The translations under genes were made by a program, and so were the position numbers. DNA of 64,000 nt from Bryobacteraceae bacterium (GTDB lineage Bacteria > Acidobacteriota > Terriglobia > Bryobacterales > Bryobacteraceae): positions 37,108 through 101,107 of the forward strand of contig JANRJS010000022.1 in the NCBI GenBank assembly GCA_033763835.1, given 5' to 3'. Each line of letters begins with the position of its first letter. Within the stretch, counting starts at the first letter, position 1. The notes beneath the pieces are model-generated. The model ran no database searches, was not told the DNA's origin, and worked only from the letters and a program-made list of their open reading frames with translations. Below, in pieces: positions 8,548-17,510 of the stretch.

Positions 8548-9792
8548 CTATTCGAGCGCGAGAAACGCCACGCGCTCCGCCTTTAGCGAATAGGTATCGC
8601 GCGACGTGGTGCGCACCACAACCTGAAACGAAGCGGGCATCGGGCGGCCTTGCGCGGTCACCCATTCGATGAGTTCGGAAAGATGGCGTCCGGAGGACAG
8701 ATATTCGACGGCCGCTTGCGCCGCGTCCGAGTTAATCCCCGAAAACTGCGCCGTGCGCAAGGCGCCGCGATCCGTCCGGTTGATCAGCATAGTGGCGATC
8801 CCGTAATTGATCTGCCCGCCCTTCTCGCGAAAGTAAACCGCTTTCCCCGCCGGGTCCAGCACGGCTACGCGGCGCCGGTCCGGGTCGTAGGCGATGCGGT
8901 AGCCGTTCGGCGGCTGTAAAGACGCCATCGAATAGCTGTACTCGGCACGCCCGATTACGATGGCGTTGCGGTCGCGCAAGGCTGCCGGTCTAACGTTACG
9001 CTCAGCGAGAAACTCGATGTCCACTCCGCGCGGCGCGAGAAACCGGGTGATCGCGATCGCCCCCGCCGCGTCTCCCCACAATGGCGAATGCAAATTCGGA
9101 TGCAAAAACGTACGCGCGGGATCGCCGGAGCCGTTCTTCCGGTACCAGCTTTCGAACTCCGGCGAGAGCGGTGTCGGCGACAGAAAAGGCGGATCGTCCA
9201 CCGGCGGCTGAGCCTCGCCTAAGTTTCGAATCCAGAACTGCAGCGGCGCGGATAACGCGACCGTCACTCGGGCCCCACGCTCCGCCGCCTCTCCCCAAAC
9301 CGTGCGAATCGCCCGTTCGCCCGGAGACTCCCATGCCCTCCATGCCGCGTAACCCGCCAACGCCATAAGAGTCGCGGCAAGAACGCCGGCAACAAACGGC
9401 CGCCAGGGGACCGCGGGCGCGGAACTGCCCACGGCTGGGGGCGGCTCCGCGTCGAAACGCACGAACCGGGGCTGGTAGGTGCCCCGCGGCAACTCGATCC
9501 GCCATTCCGCCGGCTGTTGGCGGTAGTGCTCGTCGAGGCGTTTGCGCAACTCGTGAGCGCGAGTCCTGACGGTAGAATCGATATCCGGCGAGTACTCGGG
9601 CGGCCGACCCAACGCCTGCACGCCCACGGAGTACTCGGAAAGCGCTTGCCCGCGCCCGTCCATCTCCTCCGTTACGACGTAACGCAACAATCGGCGCAGC
9701 TGCTCGGAGCGACCGAACGCCGGGCTCCGCAACAGGTCTTCGAGTAGACGCTCCTGCTCAATGCGGGAAAGGGCGGAGGCGGATTCCACCAT
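8548..9792 (-). CDS. ToxR/CadC-like membrane-anchored winged-helix regulator with periplasmic domain
   Basis: N-terminal ~100 aa resemble an OmpR/CadC-type wHTH (LLRYVV...EYSVGVQALGRPPEYSPDIDSTVRTRAHELRKRLDEHY...RIELPRGTYQPRF). Single TM (FVAGVLAATLMALAGYAAW), then a ~270-aa C-terminal domain. Paralog of 19291-20478. ATG at 9792, alternative TTG at 9801. Confidence 0.6.
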   Translation of the reverse strand: MVESASALSRIEQERLLEDLLRSPAFGRSEQLRRLLRYVVTEEMDGRGQALSEYSVGVQALGRPPEYSPDIDSTVRTRAHELRKRLDEHYRQQPAEWRIELPRGTYQPRFVRFDAEPPPAVGSSAPAVPWRPFVAGVLAATLMALAGYAAWRAWESPGERAIRTVWGEAAERGARVTVALSAPLQFWIRNLGEAQPPVDDPPFLSPTPLSPEFESWYRKNGSGDPARTFLHPNLHSPLWGDAAGAIAITRFLAPRGVDIEFLAERNVRPAALRDRNAIVIGRAEYSYSMASLQPPNGYRIAYDPDRRRVAVLDPAGKAVYFREKGGQINYGIATMLINRTDRGALRTAQFSGINSDAAQAAVEYLSSGRHLSELIEWVTAQGRPMPASFQVVVRTTSRDTYSLKAERVAFLALE

Positions 9793-9860
9793 TTGCAACA
9801 AAGATACAACATCCTTTTAACGGACGCTAGCGCATTGAATTTAGACAACTTACTCGACAT

Positions 9861-9878
9861 GCAACATTTAGCAACATT
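9861..9878 (+). promoter_or_regulatory. tandem direct repeat GCAACATT-N2-GCAACATT (10-bp period) in a divergent promoter region, candidate wHTH operator
   Basis: Read directly: gcaacatttagcaacattcc. A third CAACAT lies at 9807-9812. AT-rich 158-bp intergenic region between the regulator and the TonB-dependent receptor. Confidence 0.35.
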
Positions 9879-9959
9879 CCACTTGCGCGAAGATGCGAGC
9901 CGGACCATGATGAACCAACCTCGCGTGTCGTTTGTCGCACTTTGAAGGAGTTGCCAGCC

Positions 9960-12900
9960 ATGAAGCTGATTCGCTACGGGCTTTTCTTCGCCGCCCTCTC
10001 GGCATTTTCGCAAACCGCCCAGATCACGGGGCGTGTCTCGGACCGCACCGACGCGGTCGTCGCAGGCGCAAAGGTCGCCATCATTAACATCGATACGGGC
10101 GTTCGCCGCGATATCGTCACGAACGAGCAGGGCTACTATACGGCCCCGCTGTTGGCGCGCGGCGCCTACCGGATCGAGGTAGAACAGACTGGCTTTCGGA
10201 AAGCCACGATTTCGAACATCACGCTCGACGAAGGACAGGCTTTGCGCAGCGACGTCGCGCTCGAACTAGGCAATGTAACCGAAAGCGTCGAGGTTTCGGG
10301 AACCGCCCCGCTGCTCGAAACGGAGCGCCCGACGATCTCCACCGTCATCACCAATCAGAAGATTCTCGACCTGCCGACCTCGGGGCGTAATCCTTTGCAG
10401 TTTGCGCTGCTCGTCCCCGGCGTTCGCGCCACGGGATTGTTCGGCGACATTCCGATTTCCGCCTTCGACGGATCGCGCGCCTCGATCGGCGGCGGCCCGC
10501 CTTCGTCGAACAACTACATGGTGGACGGCATCGCTGCCGAGAACTTCACCTCGGGCGGATTGCAGACTCCGCTCTCGATCGACGCCACCGAAGAATTCCG
10601 TCTGATCGTGCGCAACCCAAGCGCCGAATTCGGACGGAGCGGAGGCGGCTTCATCAATCTCATCAGCAAAGCGGGCACCAACGAGTACCACGGCAGCGTT
10701 TACGAATTTCATCGCAACGAGAACCTGAACGCGAACGACTTTTTCTCGAATCGAGCGGGACGTACTAAGGGTCCGCTGGTTTTCAATCAGTTCGGAGCGA
10801 CGTTCGGCGGTCCGATTAAGAAGGACAGAACCTTCTTCTTCTTCAATTGGGAAAAGCTGATGCAGCGAAACCTCCAGCGTGCCTTCCGAACCGTGCCGAC
10901 GGAATTGCAACGCACCGGCAACTTCTCCGAAACGCGGGCGGCGAACGGTGCTCTGATCGCGATCCACGATCCTTTCACGACGCGAACCGATCCGGCGAAT
11001 CCGGCCAATCGGGTACGAGATGCGTTTCCGGGAAACGTCATCCCGGCAAGCCGCTTGTCGCCGGTCTCTCGCGCCGTGCTTCCTTTCTATCCCGCCGCGA
11101 ACACTCCGGGCGTGACCTTTACCAATGCCAACAACTTTTTCGGGGAAGGTTCGGCGCCTCTGAACAAAGACATTTACGGCCTGCGCCTCGACCACTACCT
11201 GACACCGACGCGCCGTATCGCCGGCCGATATACCTGGGACAGAAGCTTCCGCGGCACACCGAATTACTACAACAACATCGCCGAGATTCAATCGTCCGAC
11301 CTGATTTTCCAGCGGCACTCGGCGTTCATTAGCTTTTCCGACGCCATCCGGCCGAACCTGCTCATCGATCTGCGCACCGGCCTGAACTTTTATCTGCCGG
11401 ACCGCACCACCCGCAGCATCGGGTTCGACGTCTCGACGCTGGGTCTTCCGGCTTCGCTGAACGCCGAAATGCAAGTGCCGAGCTTCCCGCAATTCAATAT
11501 CACCGACATGACGGCGATCGGCGCGGACCAGGGCGATACGCTCGTACAGTCGAATAAGGCTTGGAGCTACATCGGCACTCTTACCTGGATCGCGGGCGCG
11601 CACAACGTCAAGTTCGGCTCAGATAACCGCGTTTACCAACTCAACAACACGCAGGGCTTCGCGGGTATGAACTTCGGCTTCGCGCGGTCGTTCACACAGG
11701 GTCCGAATCCGAATACCGCCGGCGCGACTTCCGGTTTCGGACTCGCGACCTTCATGCTCGGCACGCCCACCGGCGGCGCACTGCCTCGTATCACCGCCGC
11801 CACTTACACGATGAAGAACTTCGGCCTCTTCATCCAGGACGACTGGAAGGTGACCTCGAAGCTTACTCTGAACCTCGGCCTGCGCTGGGAGTACGAGGGC
11901 GGCATCACGGACCGCTTTAACGCGATCAGCAATTTTCACCCGACACTGCCATTCACCGCCGGTGGACGCAGCCTGGTTGGCGGACTGGTCTACCCCGGAA
12001 CCGGCGGATTGCCGCGCGGCCATCGGGTCGCTCTCGGTTCGGAGTTCCAGCCGCGATTCGGCTTCGCCTGGCAGGCGATTCCCAAGACCGTCATCCGCGG
12101 CGGCTACAGCATCTCCTACTTGCCCACTACGGGCGTTTTCGTACAACTCGGTCGGTTCGGTTACTCGGTATCGACCCCGGTGCTCGCGTCGGTGGACGGC
12201 GGATTTACGCCCGCCGCTTCGCTCTCGAATCCGTTCCCATCGGGCATCCAAAATCCCACTGGTTCTTCGCTCGGGCCTCTAACCGGGCTCGGCCAGGGCG
12301 TCGATGGCAATCTGCGTACTCTCCAACGCGGCTACTCGCAACAGTGGGGGCTATCGATCCAGCGCGAGTTCCTGAAAGGCTGGGTGGTGGAAGCGGGCTA
12401 TATGGGCAATCGTGGCGTGTCGCAACCCGCCGTCCGCAGCTACGACTATCTGCCGGAACAGTTCCGTTCGTTGGGTACAGGCCTGCAACAACTCGTGGAC
12501 AATCCCTTCTTCGGAGTGATTTCGCCGTCGCTCGCGCTCGGCGCGCGGCAAGTGACCCGGGCGACCTTACTCGACACGTACCCTCATTTCGCCGGCGCTT
12601 CCGGCCTCGATTCCTGGGGCGATTCGATTTATCACGCCGCGACGTTGCGGGTGGAGAAACGCTTCGCGCAAGGGCTTAGCTTGCTGCTGTCCTATACCTT
12701 CTCGAAGCTCATCGACAACAACACCGGCAACGGCGCGAACGGCTTCTTCGATTCCGGCGACAACGGAGTGCGCAATTGGGACGATCTGCGCGGCGAGCGC
12801 TCCGTCTCGAACATCGATCTGCCCCAGCGGCTGGTGTTCTCGGCGAGCTACGAATTGCCGTTCGGCAAATCGGGCCCCGGCATTTACCGTTACGTCGCGG

Positions 12901-13340
12901 GCGGCTGGCAGTTGAACACCATCGCCAGCTTCCAGAGCGGCAACGTGATCGCGGTCAGCCAAAACGGAACGGCGTTCGGAAGCTCGAAACCGCACGCCAT
13001 CGGCGATCCGTCGCGCGACAATCCGACGATCGACGGTTGGTTGAATCGCGCGGCCTTCGCCAATTCCGCTCCATTCACGTTTGGCAACGTGGGCCGCAAT
13101 CTTCCGCGTACGCGGAGCGACGGTCTCAACAACTTCGACATCTCCGTGCTGAAGACGTTCCCCATCGGCGGCGACCGTTTCCGCCTGCAACTGCGCGGAG
13201 AGATGTTCAACGCGTTCAACACACCGACCTTCGGCAACCCGGCCGGTAACATTGATGCGGGGAACTTCGGTACTGTCACCGGACTCGCCACCAATACCGC
13301 GCCACGCGCCGTTCAGTTGGCGCTGAAGCTGTATTTCTAG
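9960..13340 (+). CDS. TonB-dependent receptor with N-terminal carboxypeptidase-regulatory-like domain
   Basis: GAAGGAG 10 nt upstream of ATG 9960. Signal peptide, then CarboxypepD_reg block (ITGRVSD...GAKVAIINIDTG...NEQGYYTAPLLARGAYRIEVEQTGF), plug and long beta-barrel ending in ...LKLYF. Confidence 0.9.
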   Translation: MKLIRYGLFFAALSAFSQTAQITGRVSDRTDAVVAGAKVAIINIDTGVRRDIVTNEQGYYTAPLLARGAYRIEVEQTGFRKATISNITLDEGQALRSDVALELGNVTESVEVSGTAPLLETERPTISTVITNQKILDLPTSGRNPLQFALLVPGVRATGLFGDIPISAFDGSRASIGGGPPSSNNYMVDGIAAENFTSGGLQTPLSIDATEEFRLIVRNPSAEFGRSGGGFINLISKAGTNEYHGSVYEFHRNENLNANDFFSNRAGRTKGPLVFNQFGATFGGPIKKDRTFFFFNWEKLMQRNLQRAFRTVPTELQRTGNFSETRAANGALIAIHDPFTTRTDPANPANRVRDAFPGNVIPASRLSPVSRAVLPFYPAANTPGVTFTNANNFFGEGSAPLNKDIYGLRLDHYLTPTRRIAGRYTWDRSFRGTPNYYNNIAEIQSSDLIFQRHSAFISFSDAIRPNLLIDLRTGLNFYLPDRTTRSIGFDVSTLGLPASLNAEMQVPSFPQFNITDMTAIGADQGDTLVQSNKAWSYIGTLTWIAGAHNVKFGSDNRVYQLNNTQGFAGMNFGFARSFTQGPNPNTAGATSGFGLATFMLGTPTGGALPRITAATYTMKNFGLFIQDDWKVTSKLTLNLGLRWEYEGGITDRFNAISNFHPTLPFTAGGRSLVGGLVYPGTGGLPRGHRVALGSEFQPRFGFAWQAIPKTVIRGGYSISYLPTTGVFVQLGRFGYSVSTPVLASVDGGFTPAASLSNPFPSGIQNPTGSSLGPLTGLGQGVDGNLRTLQRGYSQQWGLSIQREFLKGWVVEAGYMGNRGVSQPAVRSYDYLPEQFRSLGTGLQQLVDNPFFGVISPSLALGARQVTRATLLDTYPHFAGASGLDSWGDSIYHAATLRVEKRFAQGLSLLLSYTFSKLIDNNTGNGANGFFDSGDNGVRNWDDLRGERSVSNIDLPQRLVFSASYELPFGKSGPGIYRYVAGGWQLNTIASFQSGNVIAVSQNGTAFGSSKPHAIGDPSRDNPTIDGWLNRAAFANSAPFTFGNVGRNLPRTRSDGLNNFDISVLKTFPIGGDRFRLQLRGEMFNAFNTPTFGNPAGNIDAGNFGTVTGLATNTAPRAVQLALKLYF

Positions 13341-13344
13341 CGGA

Positions 13345-14886
13345 ATGCTTCCGCTGATTTTCGCGATCGCCGCGCAGTACGACGTCGTCGTATACGGCGG
13401 GTCGGCGGCAGGTGTCGCCTCTGCCGTACAAGTATCCCGGATGGGCCGTTCGGTCGCCCTTGTAGCGCCGGAGAAGCACATTGGCGGCATGGTGGTCGAG
13501 GGCCTGGGTAGCGCCGACATTAACAATCATTGGTTCGCGAACGAATCGGCGGTGGGCGGCATCGCGCGCGAGTTCTACGTTCGCGTCGGCGCGAAGTACG
13601 GTCAAACCGGCCCGGTCTACCGTTACGAATCGAAGGTCGCGGAATCGGTGGTGGAAGATCTGCTCCGCGAAGCGCTCGTAACCGTGTTTCGCGAAAAGCG
13701 CCTCCGTAATGCCACGGTCGAAGGCGGGCGCGTCCGGTCGATCGTGGTCGAGCCGGGCGAGCGCTTCGAAGCGCAAGTGTTTATCGACGCGACCATTGAA
13801 GGCGACCTCGTCGCGGCCGCGGGCGTACCGGTAACCTGGGGCCGCGAGGCGAACTCACTTTACGGCGAGACGAAGAACGGCATTCGCGGCGAGACCACGC
13901 ATGCGCAGTTCGCCGTGCGGGTCGACCCGTACCGCGTTCCCGGCGATCCCCAAAGCGGTCTCATTCCGACGATCCAGGACGAGCCGCTCGGCACACCGGG
14001 CGCGGGGGACCGCAACATCCAGGCGTTCTGCTTTCGCCTTTGCCTAACGCGCGATCCCGCGAATCGAATCCCATTCGCCAAGCCCGCGAACTTCGACCGC
14101 ACGCAATACGAGATTTACTTCCGGTATCTGCGCGCGGGAGGAAAGCTCTGGACTCCGCAAGCTCGACTGCCCAAAGGCAAAACCGATCTCGGCAGTTGGC
14201 ACGATCTCTCGGCGAACCTCTACGGCATGAATCGCGATTGGCCTAACGGCGACCGCGCGACGCGCGACCGCATCTATCGCGAGCATCGCGATTTCACCGC
14301 GGGGCTGCTCTGGCTCCTGGCCAACGATCCCGAAGTGCCGGAATCGCTACGGACGGTCTGGCGCGAATGGGGACTGGCAAAAGACGAATTCACCGACAAC
14401 GGAGGATGGCCGCGTCAACTCTACGTGCGCGACGGGCGGCGGATGGTCTCCGATTACGTGGTTACCGAACATCACACCCGCCGCGTAAATCCTACGCCGG
14501 TCGCCGATCCGGTTGCGGTCTCATTCTGGCCAACCGACACGCACAGCGTGCGGCGCATCGTGCGCGACGGCGCGGCGTACAACGAAGGGTTTGTCTTCGA
14601 CGACAACAATTGGGGGCCTTTCGGAGTGTCGTACCGGGCGATGCTTCCCCCGCGCCGGAATGCGACCAACCTGATTTCGCCGACGTGCCTTTCGGCGTCG
14701 CACGTCGCCTATGGCGCGATTCGCCTGGAGCAGACGTTCTTCTCGCTGGGCCAAGCGGCGGGTACGGCGGCGGTACTCGCCGTTGCCGGCAAGAGCGCAG
14801 TGCAAGACATTTCCTACGACGCGCTTCGCGCCCGCCTCATGGCGGACGGGCAGGTGATCGCGCTGTCCCTCGTGCCGCGTAAGTAA
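13345..14886 (+). CDS. FAD-dependent oxidoreductase (FAD_oxidored family)
   Basis: N-terminal dinucleotide-binding motif YDVVVYGGSAAGVASAV. 513 aa. Confidence 0.7.
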   Translation: MLPLIFAIAAQYDVVVYGGSAAGVASAVQVSRMGRSVALVAPEKHIGGMVVEGLGSADINNHWFANESAVGGIAREFYVRVGAKYGQTGPVYRYESKVAESVVEDLLREALVTVFREKRLRNATVEGGRVRSIVVEPGERFEAQVFIDATIEGDLVAAAGVPVTWGREANSLYGETKNGIRGETTHAQFAVRVDPYRVPGDPQSGLIPTIQDEPLGTPGAGDRNIQAFCFRLCLTRDPANRIPFAKPANFDRTQYEIYFRYLRAGGKLWTPQARLPKGKTDLGSWHDLSANLYGMNRDWPNGDRATRDRIYREHRDFTAGLLWLLANDPEVPESLRTVWREWGLAKDEFTDNGGWPRQLYVRDGRRMVSDYVVTEHHTRRVNPTPVADPVAVSFWPTDTHSVRRIVRDGAAYNEGFVFDDNNWGPFGVSYRAMLPPRRNATNLISPTCLSASHVAYGAIRLEQTFFSLGQAAGTAAVLAVAGKSAVQDISYDALRARLMADGQVIALSLVPRK

Positions 14887-14922
14887 ACGAACTGCGGGCC
14901 GGTCACCTTCGTATCTTGAAGT

Positions 14923-16113
14923 GTGACCGCTTCGTTTGCTTTGGCCGCGGCAGTGCTTTCGCTCGCGGCGGAACCGTCGATCCGCCGGCTGGATGGTACT
15001 CGGATCTCCGCCGCCCAGGCCGAATCGTTCGCTCGGAAAACTCTCGCGGACGCTCGCGTCACCGGCGCGCAGATCGCCATCGTCGATCGCGGGCAACTGG
15101 TGTGGAGCGCCGCGTTCGGTCTGCGCCGCCGCGAGCCGCCGCTGCCGATGGAGCGTGAAACTACCACTTGGGCCGCCTCGATTACAAAGGGGGTGTTCGG
15201 CGCTTACGTGATGCACCTGGCGGAGAAGGGAGAGTTCCCGCTCGACGAGCCTATCGCAAATATTCTGCCCCGCCCGCTCGACTCCTACGAACCGTATCGC
15301 GAGACGGCATCGGAGCTGATGCGGGATCCGCGATGGCAACGAGTCACGGCCCGCATTCTGCTGTCGCATACTTCGGGGTTGAAGAACTTCGCGTTCCTCG
15401 AGCCGGACAAGAAAATGCGGCTGCACTTCGATCCCGGGGCGCGCTACAGCTACTCGGGCGAGGGTATCAATCTCGTACAGTTCGCCGTCGAACAGCGGAA
15501 AGGCCGCCCGCTGGATCAACTGATGCAGGAGGCGATTTTCACACCGCTTGATATGACCCGCACCGGATTGATCTATCGCAAGGAGTTCGAAGCGAATGTC
15601 GCCGACCGCTATGCGGCGGACGAACGCTTCCTCTCGCAGACCAAGCGCTTCCCCGCGCGCGCCGCCGGTTCGATGACGACCAGCGCGGAAGATCTCGCGC
15701 GCTTCGCGAGCGCGCTGTTTGCGGGGAGGCTTCTGAAGCCGGCGACGGTAAAGGCTATGCTTGCACCCGCGATCCCGATCCGGACGCTCCACCAATTTGC
15801 ACTTGAGACCGGCGAACCGGAAGGCGCCGAGGCGGCCGCCGTGGGCCTCGCTTACGGCATGGGTTGGGGATTGCTCACAAAAACTCGCTTCGGCCCCGCC
15901 TTCTTCAAGGAAGGCCATGGCGACGGAGCGCAAAACTACATGATTTGTTTCTCGCGCCGCCAGGCTTGCATGATCTTGCTCACCAATAGCGACAACGGCG
16001 AACTCGCCTTCCGCCCGTTACTCGAAAAGATATTCTGCGATACCGTAACGCCATGGGAATGGGAAGGCTACACGCCCAACTACATCGAGCGCAGCCGCAA
16101 GGCCGGCAATTGA
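14923..16113 (+). CDS. serine hydrolase, beta-lactamase/PBP family
   Basis: Signal-like N-terminus, SxxK motif (ASITKGVF), YSxxG (YSYSGEGINL), class-C beta-lactamase-like length. Confidence 0.8.
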   Translation: MTASFALAAAVLSLAAEPSIRRLDGTRISAAQAESFARKTLADARVTGAQIAIVDRGQLVWSAAFGLRRREPPLPMERETTTWAASITKGVFGAYVMHLAEKGEFPLDEPIANILPRPLDSYEPYRETASELMRDPRWQRVTARILLSHTSGLKNFAFLEPDKKMRLHFDPGARYSYSGEGINLVQFAVEQRKGRPLDQLMQEAIFTPLDMTRTGLIYRKEFEANVADRYAADERFLSQTKRFPARAAGSMTTSAEDLARFASALFAGRLLKPATVKAMLAPAIPIRTLHQFALETGEPEGAEAAAVGLAYGMGWGLLTKTRFGPAFFKEGHGDGAQNYMICFSRRQACMILLTNSDNGELAFRPLLEKIFCDTVTPWEWEGYTPNYIERSRKAGN

Positions 16114-16114
16114 G

Positions 16115-17509
16115 CTACGCGAAGAACTCGGCGACTTCCGTGAAGTTAACCACGCCCATCGGCGCGGCCGGATCGACATAAACGAAATCGCGGCCGCTTG
16201 GCGTGTTGCGCAGGCGCTTCGACCAATCGATGCCAAGCGTCGAATAGATCGTGGCGCACACGTCCTCCATATAGATCGGACGCTTGCGCCCCCAGCCGAA
16301 CTCGGTGACGTTGGCGGCATCGGCGTCGGTCGCGCCCATCGCCCGGCCGCCTTTCACTCCCGCGCCCGCGAACGCGGCTACCATCGCTTTCGCGTAATGC
16401 TCGCGGCCCGCATTGACGGTCAGGTCGCCCGGCGTGCGGCCGAATTCGCCCATCACGACGACGAGCGTCCGGTCGAGCAAAGTACCCCGCCCGTCGCGCG
16501 TCTTGGTGCGCTTCAGGTCGGCGAGCAAAGCCGCGAGGGCCGAATCGAGTTGCGGGCACAGGGTGTAGAGACCGCCTTTCGGCCCGCCCGGCTTGCCGTA
16601 GATGTTCGAGTGGTGGTCCCAATCGGCGTGCGTCAACATTAGGAACTTCGCGCCCGCGTCCGCCTCCACCATGTTGCGCGCCAACAAACACGCATCGCCG
16701 ATCGGCGACGATCCGTACGCCTTGCGCGACTCCGCGTCGAGCGTCAGAATGCGCGACATCTCCGGGCTCTCCATCATGCGGTGCGCGGTAGCGGCAAACT
16801 CGGCGAACTCGCCCACTTCTTTCGGCATCGCGGCGATCGACGCGCGGCTGGAATCGTACTCCTGGAGGAACTTCCACCGGCGGTCGAAACGCTCGCGCTC
16901 GTCTTGGCCAACGACGAAGGGCAGATTCGCGTTCTTTAGGTCGAGCGTCAACGGCGCGGCGGAGCTTTCCAGGCACCCTTCGCGGATCAGCGGGCCGTAC
17001 ATCGTCGTACCCTCATAGTTCATCGACACGAACGGCGGCAGAAAGTGGGAAGGCTTGCGCCGCGACGCCGTTTCATAAGCGACGATCGCGCCCAGGGACG
17101 GCATCTCTTTCACGCGCGCCGGGCTCACCGCGTGCCCGGTTTGCAGGTAATATTGCCCGCGGCTGTGGACCGTCTCCCAGGCCTCCATACTGCGCACGAT
17201 CAGCAGATCGTCCAGCCGCTCTTCGAGCTTCGGAAAGAAGCCGCGCGGCCAACGGTAGCCGAACTTCGTCGTGCGGATGTCGCGATCTTCAGGCCCCCAC
17301 TTCGCTTCTTTCACGTCGAACGTATCCATCTGCGACGGACCGCCGAGGAGGTTCAGGAATATTACGGCGTCCGCGGATCCCCGCGGCGCAACGCGCGATT
17401 GCGCGTAGACGTTCCGCGGCGCGAGCATCGGCGCGAGGCCGTATCCCGCGACGCTCAATCCGCCGAGTCTCAGCAAACCCCGCCGCGCAAGTGTGGGAAT
17501 TGTGGTCAT
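16115..17509 (-). CDS. DUF1501 domain-containing protein (sulfatase-like, Tat signal)
   Basis: Twin-arginine leader (ARRGLLRLGGLS). DUF1501-type blocks (MGEFGRTP..., HADWDHH). Immediately follows the DUF1553 gene. Confidence 0.85.
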   Translation of the reverse strand: MTTIPTLARRGLLRLGGLSVAGYGLAPMLAPRNVYAQSRVAPRGSADAVIFLNLLGGPSQMDTFDVKEAKWGPEDRDIRTTKFGYRWPRGFFPKLEERLDDLLIVRSMEAWETVHSRGQYYLQTGHAVSPARVKEMPSLGAIVAYETASRRKPSHFLPPFVSMNYEGTTMYGPLIREGCLESSAAPLTLDLKNANLPFVVGQDERERFDRRWKFLQEYDSSRASIAAMPKEVGEFAEFAATAHRMMESPEMSRILTLDAESRKAYGSSPIGDACLLARNMVEADAGAKFLMLTHADWDHHSNIYGKPGGPKGGLYTLCPQLDSALAALLADLKRTKTRDGRGTLLDRTLVVVMGEFGRTPGDLTVNAGREHYAKAMVAAFAGAGVKGGRAMGATDADAANVTEFGWGRKRPIYMEDVCATIYSTLGIDWSKRLRNTPSGRDFVYVDPAAPMGVVNFTEVAEFFA

Positions 17510-17510
17510 G

